A stretch of DNA of 64,000 nt, taken from positions 8,804,001 to 8,868,000 of the forward strand of contig CM022673.1 in the NCBI GenBank assembly GCA_012295275.1. Direction: 5' to 3'. The translations under genes were made by a program, and so were the position numbers. This stretch comes from Chrysomallon squamiferum. Its lineage: Eukaryota > Animalia > Mollusca. The notes beneath the pieces are model-generated. The model was not told where the DNA came from, ran no database searches, and worked only from the letters and a program-made list of their open reading frames with translations. Below are positions 10,201 through 24,200 of this stretch, piece after piece. The stretch's first letter is position 1. Each line of letters opens with the position of its first letter.

Positions 10201-13200
10201 TGGTTGAACCGTAATGCCCAGAACTTAATTAAGTTTTCACTTAAATTTTTATCACCTGAAGTTGAAATTTAAAGTCTTATCTATTTCTTCTTTATGTTGT
10301 CTTGATTCTGTAGATTTCTGGTTGATCAAAAGTGCTCAGAACATAATTGGATCTGTGATGTGTTGTCCGGGATGCTTCAGTCTGTATCGCGTGAAAGCTC
10401 TGCAAGGGGTGATTCCAAACTACTCGGAACCCACAACAAAACCTGGCGACGTTTTCACGAAAGACACAGGTGAGTTAATTAAATGTCAAATATATTCTTA
10501 CAGTAATTTAGCCCTGTAAATTCATGCTGTTAGCACTAGAGATGCCTGACGTAATAAAACAGTTGATGCTTCCTTACATTAGTTTAACGTTAAGCAATGT
10601 AACTGTTAGGATTTGAGATCAGTGAGGCAATAAAATAGTTTATGCATATTTATAATGGCGTTCTCTGAACTGTGATGTTGATAGAGAAGATAACTATTTC
10701 GGTCCTTTTCCGAAGAGAACGAGTAGGTTCGATAATAAGACAACAAGACATTAATTATTCCGCTGGAGTTTATGATGTCAGTTATGACGACGACGATACG
10801 GTTCGTTATACCGATGATATTGATGATGTTAACGATATTGATGATTTGCTATTTGTTATTCCAAAAATCAAATATCTCTATATTTCAGGAGAAGACAGAT
10901 GGATGTGCACACTGATGATGCTGCGAGGATGGAAACTCGGCTACTCCAACTTCAGCTACAACGGCACCTACTGCCCAGACACTTTCGACGAATTCATGAA
11001 ACAACGTCGTCGCTGGATCCTCTCCGACTTCGCCAACTCTCTAATGGTGTTCAAGAATCTTCCTCAGCTGGTCCGAAACAATTCTTGTTTTTCCTTCGTC
11101 TACTTTATGTATCTGTTGCAGCTTTTCGTCATCGTCTTTCTCTCGCCCGGATCCACGATAGTAATGATGACAGTTGGGCTGGACATGTTAATGGGCTGGA
11201 AGTTTTACATCTCTACTCCAATCGTCGGCTTTCTGCTCATTGTCTACGGCCTCTGCTGCATGAGGATGTCGTCGCACTCACAGATACTACTCACCAAAGC
11301 TGCCATGTTTGTGTTGGGTGTTGTCATGTCTGCCGTTGTTGTCGGAGCTGCTATTTTCGTCGTTAACGATATTTTATCAGGTTTGTAATTATCTTCAGTT
11401 GGTTGATTTTGTAGAAAAAGAAATATGACGTATTTATGATAGTGATGAAATTTGTAAATTTGTCTTGCTTATCCTTATAATTAGATTAGGATAGTTAGAA
11501 TATTTTGTTATCATTGAATTAAGTTGTAAGTCATTTCCATGTTTATTTAAGTGTTCTTGGATTTGTCCAATGTTTCCTAATAGTAAAGTATGACAATAAA
11601 AAAGTAATCCTGAAGTATGCATGCAAACCACCATTTGTTCTTAGTGCTGTTGTACTTATGCTCATAAATGCTTCACTAATCAAGAAACAAAACTGTTGTA
11701 GAAAAATATTTTTAAACTGAATTATTATCATTATTTATTTTAATACTGCTGTATAATATATCTCTCTATATTAATTATTTGCTTTCTTTTACAGATATCA
11801 GGGAAGGTAACCTGCGACTTGAAGAACATTACATCCTAATCACCTTAACCGGAAGTATTTTGTTTGCTGCGTTAATCCACCCTCACGAATGCTGGCTTCT
11901 CGTTTGTGGCGTTTTCTACCTTTTCTTCTTTCCCACAATGCATATGTTGCTTCCTATCTACGCTCTCTGCAACATTGTGGATCAGACGTGGGGAACGAGA
12001 GAAAATGTAAGTATTAGTTACTGATATTACGATTTTTATTAGATGTTAATGATTTGATAAAGCAGTTTATGAATATAGTTAACTACTTTATTGCTGCGCT
12101 TAATGACAAATACAGACAGGTTTGTGTAGAAAATGTTAATATTAAGCTTTTCTTTTTTTTCTTTTTTTTTTACTTTTTCATTATCTTCTTTTTTCATTTC
12201 TTCTTTACTTTTCTTCTTCTAATTCTTCTTTGTTTTTAGAATATCTATATATTTAGTATTTATTTAAATTACATTTTTGAATGGTTAGTCTATATCTACT
12301 AAGTCATGAGTTAGGAATAATGAGACTTATTATTAATCAGTATTATAGAAATAAAAGTGTTTTAAGTTAGTGACGACTAAAATTCAAATTTTTTTATTTT
12401 ACTTTATTATATTTCGTTTATTTATTTATGCAGCAAAAAGCAAAAAAGCCCAAATTCCTGTGTTTTCCAAAGCTGAAACTGAAACGGAGAAAGAAGAAAG
12501 CAAAGAAAGCCAAAGATTCAGGTAGATAAATTATTTCAAAAACTGTCTGTAATAAAAGTCCTGCAGATTTTTCTTATTTATTTAAAGAAGATGACAAAAT
12601 ATCAGATTTCTTTCTTTCTCAGTACATTTAGAGGATATTGGAATAATAATAATAATAAAATAAATAAATAAAATAAAAAAATAAAAAATAACGCTCGTAC
12701 GGAAAATGCTCAAGGATAATTACATACACCAAAATAGGTACTTACATTATTTGGGAGTTCTTTCCCTTGTTATGTGATTTGACATCAACAAAAATCAGTA
12801 TACATGTGTACTACAGTCGAGAGCGGTGAGTCGAGAAAGAAAACAGTTGATTTCATTTAGTTATTGTATTATTTAGGATTACAGAACAAAAACGAATAAC
12901 TGGTTGCTGTCTTAAAATATCAGCTTCGTGGTACGTAGAATAAATAACAATACTGATATCGCATTAGAAATATAAACAGTTTAACATGGCAGAATAACAA
13001 TGTCACAGTGACAGATACACAGTAATGGTGTTATAAAACAAAACTAAATTTTAACTTTCGTATTTTATTTCATTTAGCAGAAACAGTCGATTTGGACGAA
13101 GATACTGAAGTATCTTATGATCAGCTCAAAGAACTGGGACAAGACGAAGAAATATTCTGGACAAGACTTATAGAAAACCTAGTCGGCAAAGATAAAAATC

Positions 13201-13493
13201 TCGGACTGAACAAGAACGATTTAGCTGACGGATTAATCAAACTACGACTGAAGGCCGTGCTGGCAATATGTCTCGTTAATATCATCTGGATTGTAGGCCT
13301 TGGAATTTTCTACCAATCCGCGGTCGGTCAGGAAAATAAGTTGAGTGGCTATGGAACCATGAACGGAATTTTGTACGGATTTTCATTCTTAATTCAAGTG
13401 CTCGGGATGACAATTTATAGATTCACAGACTGTGCTCACAGACTTGGTAAAATCATTTTTAAAAATGACAAACCACACTGGGTAACATGTTGA
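2052..13493 (+). CDS. Chitin synthase-like glycosyltransferase (GT2), copy B, 10 coding exons, about 1280 aa
   Basis: Exons read by hand with GT-AG ends: 2052-2066 (MRAGQ), 6354-6463, 6819-6945, 7303-7449, 7879-9958, 10314-10469, 10889-11380, 11795-12006, 12434-12521, 13078(or 13081)-13493. They sum to 3843 nt in one open frame. Motifs: CTTMYRE, KKRWSQVMY, YILATDAD, GAACGRTHP, QKFEY, CPGCFSLYR, GEDRW, QRRRW, TWGTRE, all typical of animal chitin synthases. The first two small exons are less certain but are mirrored in C and D. Confidence 0.9.
2068..2200. repeat. (TTTTA)n pentanucleotide microsatellite directly after the first coding-exon donor of B
   Basis: Directly visible tandem TTTTA units. 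Confidence 0.95.
3351..3537. repeat. Local imperfect duplication in intron 1 of B
   Basis: TATTTACTGTCTTACCAATCCTCAGTCCA...CACAAAATGGGAAA...AAATCTCACAGTAG occurs at about 3351-3450 and again at about 3472-3537. Confidence 0.85.
6541..6687. repeat. (TATG/TG)n compound microsatellite in intron 2 of B, with a paralogous tract at 18557-18703 in C
   Basis: Directly visible; flanks are near-identical in B and C. Confidence 0.9.
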
Positions 13494-14205
13494 TTTTTAT
13501 ATAATAATAATAACAATGAATTTTGACAGTCATAAAATGTTCGAGATCGGGTTAGGAGTGATTAATATTTGAAATCCTTTTATTTTTTTTATTATTTTTT
13601 TTTTTTTATTGTTTATGTGTCAGAACCTGTGTTTTCTGACATATAATGTTGCTTCTATACCAAAAAGATTCGCCAACAAGATTTTATTTTGAACAGTAGA
13701 GTTGATTGCAAATCCGTGAATCGAAAATTTGATGTCTTCGTTATTCTTTTACATAGATCTCACTTGTCGATATGTGTGCACGCTTGTATATATTGTGATA
13801 ACTTATTGCATAGTTTATTGGTATTTTAAGTCAGTTGTTATTCTGTTAGTATTTATTATAATTTATATTTGTAAATAAACTTTTACTTTTTTGAGTATGC
13901 GTTGTTTATTTTGCCTGGTTATGGCACTAGATGTGTTAATTATTTATTTCATTATTACCATCTCTCTCTCTCTCTGTACTGAGTGTATATTCCATTCCTT
14001 CCCTGTCTGGATGTGTGTATTTCTGTCTTTTCTTTTTCTCTGAAAGGCTGTTCTTCTGTCTCCCTCTCTGCCTGTCTCACCATTCTTTCTCTTTTCTCTT
14101 TTTCCCTCTTTCTTTCCTTTTTGATTCTCAGTAAGGTTTATTTATACATTTATTATTATTACCATTACTACTATTATTATTAGTTGACAAAGGAGGGCGG
14201 ATCAG

Positions 14206-14271
<66 letters not shown>

Positions 14272-14313
14272 TTTTTAAACGGACTATCGGTGTTTGTTTG
14301 TTGTTGTTTCTTG

Positions 14314-14878
14314 TTTTTCAGTTTTGTTTTGATTTAAAATGATTACACGACTGTAACTAGTTACCTGTAAAAATAACGTAATTAAAACGAGGACGAAACA
14401 ACTTTTGTCCTGTTTTATGAGTGCTGAGATATCGGGTAACAAACGTGACTTACAATGTCTCGAATTTGTTACAATTATCTGTCTTTATTACAGTGCACTG
14501 ACCTCAGCAATCTTGTTAATATTCTTCCTGCTTATTTTATCTGTACCTCGCCGTACACAGCAGGAATCAGCGTATCTGTATTCGTCTTCATCGATAAATT
14601 CAATGGGCGATTTCCCGACCAATCTAGTGCTCAGCAACTTGTTTATAAATTTTTGTATTTATTATCTATGAAAGGGTTTATGTGTAAAATTCCTTCCTGT
14701 TAACTGAGAAAGAATAACGTAACTACTCTTTCGTTTTTTTGCGGGGTCGTTAACCATATTTTATAATGTCATGTAACTGTAGATACAAAAAATGTATTTA
14801 CTGCATCATTTTGTTTTTTTTAATCCAGCCGTTACTACTAGTAAAGTAAGAGATAAAGTAATAAGACAGAGAATATAT
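14314..14878 (+). repeat. About 560-bp dispersed repeat, copy 1 (between B and C), preceded by (GA)n
   Basis: High-identity reverse-complement match to 27273-27812. The ORF track gives almost the same peptide at 14455-14703(+) and 27450-27704(-). Confidence 0.85.
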
Positions 14879-17071
14879 AATTATTTATTTTATAATTTAC
14901 ACATTTTCCTACCACTGTCTGTGTGTGTGTTTGTGTACGTGCGCATTTGCGCGCGCGTAGTGCATATACATTTTAATGAAAATATTGGTAAGACGAAATA
15001 TAAATTATAATATTTAAAAAGCTTCTAAATCACAGATTTGTTATGGTGAGTTTCCTCTCTAGGATATCATCTTCATTTATTATCTTTTAATAATCAACTG
15101 TATTCGTGTATTATTAGAATTATATTTATTCTGACGAAATAATATGAGATCGATTATCATTGCTTTTTAGTATTTTTTTTTTGTTTGTAAGAAGTAAAAT
15201 ACATAACATAACCATTGGTTACATAAGTCTTGGGAAAAATTGAGATAGAATACCGAGTTTTTCTGTTATTTATCACCCACACAGTACAGCAAATGGAAAC
15301 CAACGTAAGCCATGTCAGCTTGACCCTTCCGTTAGCGGACTCTCGCTAAATCTCGCTTAATCTCGCTAACCCTCGTGTCGTTACTTTATACAAGCTAGGA
15401 AAACACTTATTTGACATTTATTTTGCTAACTGTGTACAGTGATTAGTATCTGGGGTGGGCATTCGGAATCGTTTCTGTTTGACGTGAAAACTTGTTGTGT
15501 GGTTTTTAAACTTGTAGTTTAGCACAGGACGATATTATATCCCTTCCAAAAGTCGATGAGTGCATGTACGTCATATATACATATATATCTGTATCTATCT
15601 ATCTGTCTACGTCTGTCTCTCTCTGACTGTATGTCTTCCTGTCTGTTTGCTTGTATATCTACATGAAACTTGACTTCAAATAAACTCACATGCACATATA
15701 TAACTTTACAGATATTAATTCAATAACCTGCGAAATGAGTCTTTCCCTGAAATAGCGCATGCACAAATTGCAGCCTGCGTCTAATTTTTTTTTTTAGATA
15801 ACATTGCAATCAGTAGCTCGGCCCACATGCCCGAAACTTCAGAATTCGGACAAACAGAGTATCTATGTATTGTAGAATAAGTCGCCATTTGCATTTTTAG
15901 AAAATTTAAGTCACAAAAGTTTGAGAGAAATGTTTACGTACAGTTTCAGTATTAATGAATTAGCATTTATCAGTGTTTTCCATATTTTTTCGTTTTTTTT
16001 CAGATTAAAAAGCAGCGGATTTTCCATTTTTTGTATTCATCGAACTAAATTTTAATTTATTATTATTATTATTATGCATTTTTAGAGTATTTAGAGTCAT
16101 TGCATTGCAAGGTCACAGGGTATCATTTAAAAAAAAAAATCATATGTATTTTGATTTTTGAGACTTAAGTATTTTAAATATTTAGTTATAAAGATGTGCT
16201 GAATGTGTGTGTGTGCGTGTGTGTGTGTGTGTGCGTGCGTGTGTGTGTGTGTGTGTGTTTGACTAAAATAACTTCTAGCATTTCATCTTTAACCACAATT
16301 TTCTGCTATACACAAACTCGGCTAAAGTTTGGAGTCTACTCCAGAAAGTTGTTGCAGATACTAATTAAGTTCAGTGAAATGTCTGTAATCATGAGACTAA
16401 AGGCAACTGAAGGCGGAGGTGTGAACAGTCGGACATCTTTTACAGAATCATAAAACAGTTTTCTTAGCTTTGTAATTGGTGTGACATGACTGCAAACAAA
16501 AGTTATTTGACCGTTCTTGGCATCTCTTATGGAGCTAATCAACACTTCAAGTAAAAAAGAAAGCAAGTTTTAAAAATTAATTACTGATATTAAAAAAAAA
16601 AAAAAAAAAAAGAAAGATTATTTATATTTAATTCAGCATTCGAGCAACATTTACTGGATTCACAGAATATTATTTTATTATAGTCTTGTTTTGTATAGTT
16701 ATATTTATGATCCTCAAATCGATGTTAATTTGACGAATTTTGCAAACAAAATAATCGTCTGGGTCTTAGTGAACCAGGAATATCATTTTCAGTAAGTCTA
16801 ACAAGCTGGCAGCCATGTTTCACTTTAGGAGTTGTTTTTCCGAAAACTGATATCGTGATAGCGTATTAGCAACGGGGCATCTGTAATTCATATGCAGTTT
16901 CAACAGATACTAGGTGTTTGTATTTGTTTGACCATGCATATAGAACAAGATCAAAATCAGAAGGAAAGAGACTGCATGTTTATATCATCTAACTCAGTGA
17001 CTATTTTTAATACAAACTTCTGTAATATTATTCATTGTCCTGGTTAGTTATAGCTACATGTTACTTGAAAT

Positions 17072-18080
17072 ATGCGGGTAGGCCAGGTAACTGTTTTATT
17101 TATTATTATTATTATTATTATCATTTTTGAATTTTGGTTTTTAATTTAATTCAACTTAATTTACTTATTTAATTAATTAGTTAATTTTTGTCACTAATAT
17201 TTTTATTACTGTTGTTGTGTCTGTTGTTGCTGTTGTAGTGGTGCTTAATGTAACTAGTTCAAGTTATCAAAAGTGTTGTTGCTGCTGTTATTTTTAAAGT
17301 TGTTGTTGTAGTTGTAACTATTGCACCTGGTTTGCAGGATACTGATGTTGCTTAAATCTAATGTGACTAAATAAGTTATCAAGTTTGTTACTTCTTGCAT
17401 TTATTTATTTATTTATTTATTTTTTAATGTCTCCTTAGTTTATTCCTTGATTACTTACACAGTAAATTATCAAGTTGTTTTATTGTTGTTGTTCGTCATC
17501 AAAATCATCATCACCATCATCATAATCATTATCTTCTTCTTCTTTTTCATTTTCTTGTTGTTGTTGTTGTTCTTCTTCTTCTTTTTCGTCTTCTTCTTCT
17601 TATTATTATTAGTAGATTTTCTCGACAGATTAAGACATTTTGGCACTCTTTGTCATTCCACTAAACAGAGATTTTGAGAGTAGAAGCTCATAGTTTGATA
17701 CTCGATCAGAATTTTCGTGTTTTTGGAGTTTCTTTTGTTTCTTATTTCTGTGTTCTTAGATGTTCTTGGTTCTAATATGTCGATTAATTTTTTAATTAAT
17801 TGCTTCATGTTAATCAATGTCATTTTGGTCTGGAACTCAAATTCAGTTTTTCAGTTCATTTATTTTTGAGACGTCTATGTCTGAACAAACTGTTTTTCTT
17901 AGAACATAACTTTTACAAACACACGTGTACGTACATATAATCATATTATATAAATACACACATATAATACATATACATTTACACAAATACATTCATACAT
18001 TCATTCTTTCATATATACATATATACATTCATACAAATACATAACACAGTGTCTGTATGTGTATGTGTGTGTCTTTCTCA

Positions 18081-18130
<50 letters not shown>

Positions 18131-18154
18131 CACACACAAAGAGAGACAGAGAAT

Positions 18155-18203
<49 letters not shown>

Positions 18204-21200
18204 CGACAGTTAAGGTGAACACTTTAGTTATTTATTGCGGTCAAATGATTATAAATAAATTAAAAATGCACTCTCATTTTATCAATATATTAATTAACAT
18301 AAAATACACAGGTAACTATGTATGAACTAAATACATATATATATTTAATGAGTATATTATTGTCTGCAGGTAATTCTCGGATGTGTTCTATGTTTCACAG
18401 CCACAGCAATCTTCACTGTCACCAAAACCAGCTTACTTTTTTTCTTCTCACAGAAAGTGTCTGTGAATTTACACGAATGGTAAAAATATGTTCTACTTCT
18501 TTTTCTCCTTAATTTTATTATCATTTCTCTCTAGATACACTATATCGACATAATATTATGTGTGTATGTATGTATGTGTGTATGTATGTGGGTATGTATG
18601 TGTGTATGTATATAGGTGTGTGTGTATATATGTATGTATGTATTTATGTGTGTGTTTGTATGTATGTATGTATGTGTGTGTGTGTATGTATGTATGTATG
18701 TATTCGTAAGCTAATGCATAGAAATACACACACAAGGAAACGGATACATACACATGTATAAGAAAATGGACATTTATTCAGCTATGTGTTTATTTATTTT
18801 TATATATATTTATTTATTTATTTATTTATTTATTTTAGGTATGCTGCAGTATGTTTTATACTGATAGTACCGGAATTACTTACTCTTTTACGGACAGTGT
18901 GGAGTTCCTCATTTCTTGTTCGAGGTCAGATGACCAAATGGCCACCAATCAAATCTCTTCTTCTTGTGAGTTATTCTTCTTATTATTATTACTGTTATTA
19001 TTACTGTTGCTATTACTATTACTATTATTATTATTATTATTATTATGGCTTTTGTTGATAATATTTACTTTTATTTGTTTTCATTGTTTTTTCGATTTTT
19101 TCTTCTATTTTTATTATTATTATTCTTGTTGTTTTAATATTAAAATTTACTTTTATTATTACTTTTTATTTCTCCTTCTTTCCTTCTTCTACTTGCTGTT
19201 GTTATCAACATCGTCATCATCAGCTACATACACATTTTATTCTTCTTCTTGTTATTGCTTTTAGAAGTTTTTCATATTATTTTGTTTTTGTCATTATCAT
19301 CATTATGAAAATCAAAATTATTTATTTATTTATTTATTTGTTTATTTATTTATTTTCAGGGCACGTTCACCACGTTGTTGGAATCTGCAGCAGTGACGAT
19401 TTTTACTCTCGAAATTGCTCCTCAACTTCCCGTCTACGTCGTTGTCCCGTTAATGAACACGTTGCTTTTTCTTCAGATCATCGTCAGTCAGTGGCGACGA
19501 CGACAGGTACAACTACGTCAACGCATTCTTTATGTGATTTGCAAATTTTGATATGCAATAGGTCAACAATAACACTCTAATGAAGTTAAATATTTATAAA
19601 AGTCTGTGAGAGTTTGTTTGTTTTAAAACCAACATGTTTTTTTATTTTATTTTATTTTTTTTTGGTTGTTAAACTGTAATAGTTCATTACATCTGTTTCA
19701 GGAAATTAATCTAACTGACAAACCCGATACATCTTCTGTGAGTTCCAGAACTATTTATACCATAGCCGCCATTTTCGGAATGTTTTCCTTCGTTTTGATG
19801 TGTATATTGCTGGTCATATTTGACGTTGTCGACATCGTTGTTTCAATTTCACTCTTAGCAGCTACGATGGCACTCTCTGTTTCCTGGTGTCAACCTTTAC
19901 GAGTGTACATGTTCCAAGCGGATGCGGTTTATATGGCAACCAGACAGAATGCAAGTCTCTTTTACAACGTCCTGAGAATCTTCAGTCTTGGCAGTTTTGT
20001 TATTTTGATGATTCCTTTGCACGGAGAAACATCTGTCTATGACGCTCCAGGATATCTGTGGAGTGGAATTAATTCTTTCGGACAAAACAAAGTCTTGATG
20101 TTCACCGTAGCTATAAATCTCTCTTGTGGGTTTATCGGATACGGAATTACAAGGCTATCTTCATTCTACACAACGACATGGTCCGGTATTTCCATTCCTC
20201 TGATGTTTTCTACAGCGTTAGCTTCAGTTCTGCATGGACTGAACTGCTGGGAAGGTCGCTTACTGACTCTGGATGAATCTGTTTGTCCAACTGGTGATGG
20301 AAGTCTAATCACAGCTGGTTTTGTTTTGGTTCTCTGGCTTCTTCCAGTGCTGATTCTTCGCAAAAATTTCTTTCGTCCGCCTGACGTTCTCTTCAAACCT
20401 GAACACAAAACATTTATCACTTATGGCTATAATGGTGTATTCTTCGATCAACACATGTATCTACATTATTACCCTTCGTCTGTAGAGTATTCACAGACAA
20501 CAGTCACGTCAAACGGAAGGAGCAGGGTGTTTCTGTGTACAACCATGTATCGTGAAGCCGATTACGAAATGGAACAACTGCTTCGAAGCCTGGCGAAAAT
20601 TTCGAAGTCCAAACGGCTGAAGAAACACAATGTTTATCTGGAATCACATATCTTTCTGGACAATGGCGCTGACGGATTAACGCTAAAAGAATTCGCGCTT
20701 CAGTTAATGTCTTTGGTTGAGCAATGTCTTTCTGTCGCGCGATCAGACGGTGATATTCATCAAACTCCGTACGGACTTCAGATCTCTTGCACACTGTCAG
20801 GCGGCATGCCTCTCTTTCTCCATTTCAAGGATCCTGGTCGTGTAAAAGCTAAAAAGCGATGGAGTCAAGTGATGTATATAAATTACATTGTCGATCACAG
20901 AATTAACGTTACAAATCGTGCAGATGGTTCTATTTCTGATAAGATAAAGTGCAAGCAAGTGAAACCGTGCAGAAAAACTGAAAATATCCTTCAGATTAAA
21001 ACAGTGCTTCCCAATCTGCAGTCCAGTGATGACTGTCATAATGGTTTTGAAAGAAGGTCTATAAACAACAAATGCAAGGTGGAGAATTTAGATCAGGGAA
21101 TAGAAACTCTACAAGTTCCAGATTCCAAATGTTTATACTCACCTTCTACAACAGGCAACTCTGCCAATCTGCTCTCTGTCGATGATCATTCTGATAAAGG

Positions 21201-24200
21201 GACACCCTCTCTGTCTAAAGCGTCTTCTCAGATGGATCTAAAGGGACAGGAGGAAGAGAGGAAGAGTCCATGTCCATCAGTAGTTGGCAGCACAAACGCT
21301 AGTTTTATTTCAGGTTTCCCGACACTCAAGCTTAACCCGGCTTACGTCCCAGAAGTCAACGAACCTTCTCCTCCTTTCTGTTTATCCGATTTCATCTTCG
21401 AGTCGAAAAATACGTGCAGTATTCCTAGTTTCTCTCACATTCATAGCTTAGTAAAAGAAAAGGGAAAACTAAATTTTGGTAATGACGACATTTCAATGAT
21501 TGGCAAGGACTCCGAGGTTGTTGACATCAACAACGTCCAGGGATATGACGACAGGACGTACATTCTGGCTACAGACGCGGATATGCATTTCAATGACAAA
21601 AGCGTCCTTGACCTTGTGAATATTTGCAATAGTGACCTTCGCCTTGGTGCTGCGTGTGGCAGGACTCATCCCAAGGGCAAGAAACTCCATCCCATTGTCG
21701 GATTGCAGAAGTTTGAATATGCGAAAGGTAAATTTAATAAAATAATTAATATTGATAATAATATATGAGACAATATTGTATTTCAGATATCTCTCGATTG
21801 TTTCTACACGAGAAGTTAAACAAATGTCATTAATACCTAACTAGATAAAACCTTAGGTAACAATAAAGACCGAATAAATATTGTAATTTTTCAAATAAGT
21901 TTTATCATCTGAAATTTAAATATAAAATCTAATTGATTTATGTCATGTTATATCTGGTTTTTAGATTTCTGGTTGATGAAAAGTGCTGGGAACATAATTG
22001 GATCTGTGATGTGTTGTCCGGGATGCTTCAGTCTGTATCGTGTGAAAGCTCTGCAAGGGGTGATTCCAAACTACTCGGAACCCACAACAAAACCTGGCGA
22101 CGTTTTCAGGAAAGACACAGGTGAGTTAATTAAATGTCAAATATATTCTTACAGTAATTTAGTCCTGTAAATTCATGCTGTTAGCACTAGAGATGCCTGA
22201 GTAATTGATCAGTGAGGCAATAAAATAGTTTATTCATATTTATAAAGCCGTTCTGGTAATTGTGTATGTTGATATGGAAGATCATTATTTCGTTCCTTTT
22301 TCGAAGAGCTCGAGTAACTTCGATAATAAATCAGGGAGATATTAATGAAATAATGATGATCACAATTATTCAGCTGGAGTTTCTGATGTGCTGTCTCTAT
22401 ATTTCAGGAGAAGACAGACGGATATGCACCCTTATGATGCTACAAGGCTGGAAACTCGTTTACTCCAACTTCAGCTACAACGCCACCTATTGCCCAGACA
22501 CTTTCGACGAGTTCATCAAACAACGTCGTCGTTGGCTTCTCTCCGACTTCGCCAATTCTGTGACTGTGTTAAAGAATCTTCCTCACCTGGTCCGAAACAA
22601 TTCTTGTTTTTCGTTCGTCTACTTTATGTACCTGCTTCAGCTTTTCTTTATCTTCTTTGTCTCACCCGGATCCACGATAGTTATGATGACTTTAGGGCTG
22701 GACTTGTTAATGGGCTGGAATTTTCAGATCACCACTCCTGTTGTCGCCGTTCTTCTCATTCTGTACAGCATCTGCTGCATGAGGATGTCGTCGCACTCAC
22801 AGATTATCCTTACAAAAGCTGCCATGTTTGTGTTGGGTGTCGTCATGTGTGCCGTTGTTGTCGGATTGGCTATTTTCATTATTAACGATATTTCAACAGG
22901 TTTGTAATTATCTTCAGTCGGTTTATTTTGTAGAAATAAACATAACATATTTATGATACTGATGAAATGTTTTATTTATTTTTGCTTATGTTATAATTAG
23001 ATTAGGATAGAGAAGAATATTTTGGTATCATTTCTATGTTTATCCAAGTATTCTTCGATTTGTACAATGTTTGCTAGCCGTAAAAGATGACAATAAAAGA
23101 AGTAATCCAGAAGACTACAAGCAAACCAGCATGTTTTCTTGTTGCGGTGTAATTATGTTTATAAGAAGCTTTCAGTAATCATGAATTGTGCAACCTGAAC
23201 AAACTAAACTATTATAGAAATACATTTTGAAACAGAAGTATTAATATCATTTATTTTAATACTGCTATATCCTTTACCTTTTTATGTTAGTTATTTGCTT
23301 TCTTTAACAGATATCAGGGAAGGAAATCTGCAACACGGACAATATTACATCCCAGTTGTGTTAACGGGAAGTTTTTTGTTTGCTGCGTTAATTCACCCTG
23401 CGGAAAGTTGGCTCCTCATTTATAGCATTTTCTACATTTTCTTCTTTCCGACACTGTATATTTTACTACCTGTCTACGCTTTCTGTAACATTGTGGATCA
23501 GACGTGGGGAACGAGAGAAAATGTAAGTATTAGTTACTGATATTACGATTCTTATTAGATGTTAGATGTTTTTAGTACAAAACAGCTAATGATTTGATAA
23601 TGCTGTACATAAATTTTATGAATATAGTTAACTACTTTATTGCTACGTGTAATGACAAATACAGACAGTTTTTGTAAAATAAACGCTAATATTATTCTGC
23701 TTGACTTTTTTAGTTCTTTTTACATCGTCATTATCTCCTGGACTTTTTTGTTTTTTGCTGGGGTTTTTTTCTTAAAGTATTTTCTTTATATCTTCAAATT
23801 TTTCTTCTTCGAACTCTTTTTTGTTTTTTAAAATCTATATATTTTGTATTTATTTAAATTACATTTTTGCATTGTTAATGTATATCTACCATGTCATGCG
23901 TTAGGAATAATGAGACTAATTAATAATCAATAGTTTACAGATATAAACGTTTTGAGTAGTGACGACTCAAATTCAAAATAACTTTAAAATATTTCATATT
24001 ATTATATGTTATTTATATTTTTGTTTATTTATACAGCAACAAGCAAAAAAAACCAAATTCCTATGTTTTCCAAAGCTGAAATTGAAACGGAGAAAGAAGA
24101 AAGCAAAGAAAGCCAAAGATTCAGGTAGTTAAATTATTTCACAAACTTTCTATAGTTTATCTTATTTTCATTTATGTAGAGAAAAACAAAATGAGTTGAT

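Noticed and set aside
10899-11366. 155-aa alternative-frame ORF inside exon 7 (165 aa in C)
   Set aside because: Overlaps the EDR/QRRRW exon in another frame. It is explained by codon usage and duplication, and is much shorter in D.
14405-14703. Short ORFs in the dispersed repeat as a small protein gene
   Set aside because: No recognisable domain, different N-termini in the two copies, and no splice context; treated as a non-coding repeat.
15341-15375. TCTCGCTAAA-like 10-bp repeat x3.5 as a CRISPR-like array
   Set aside because: Contiguous units without spacers in eukaryotic DNA; a trivial minisatellite.
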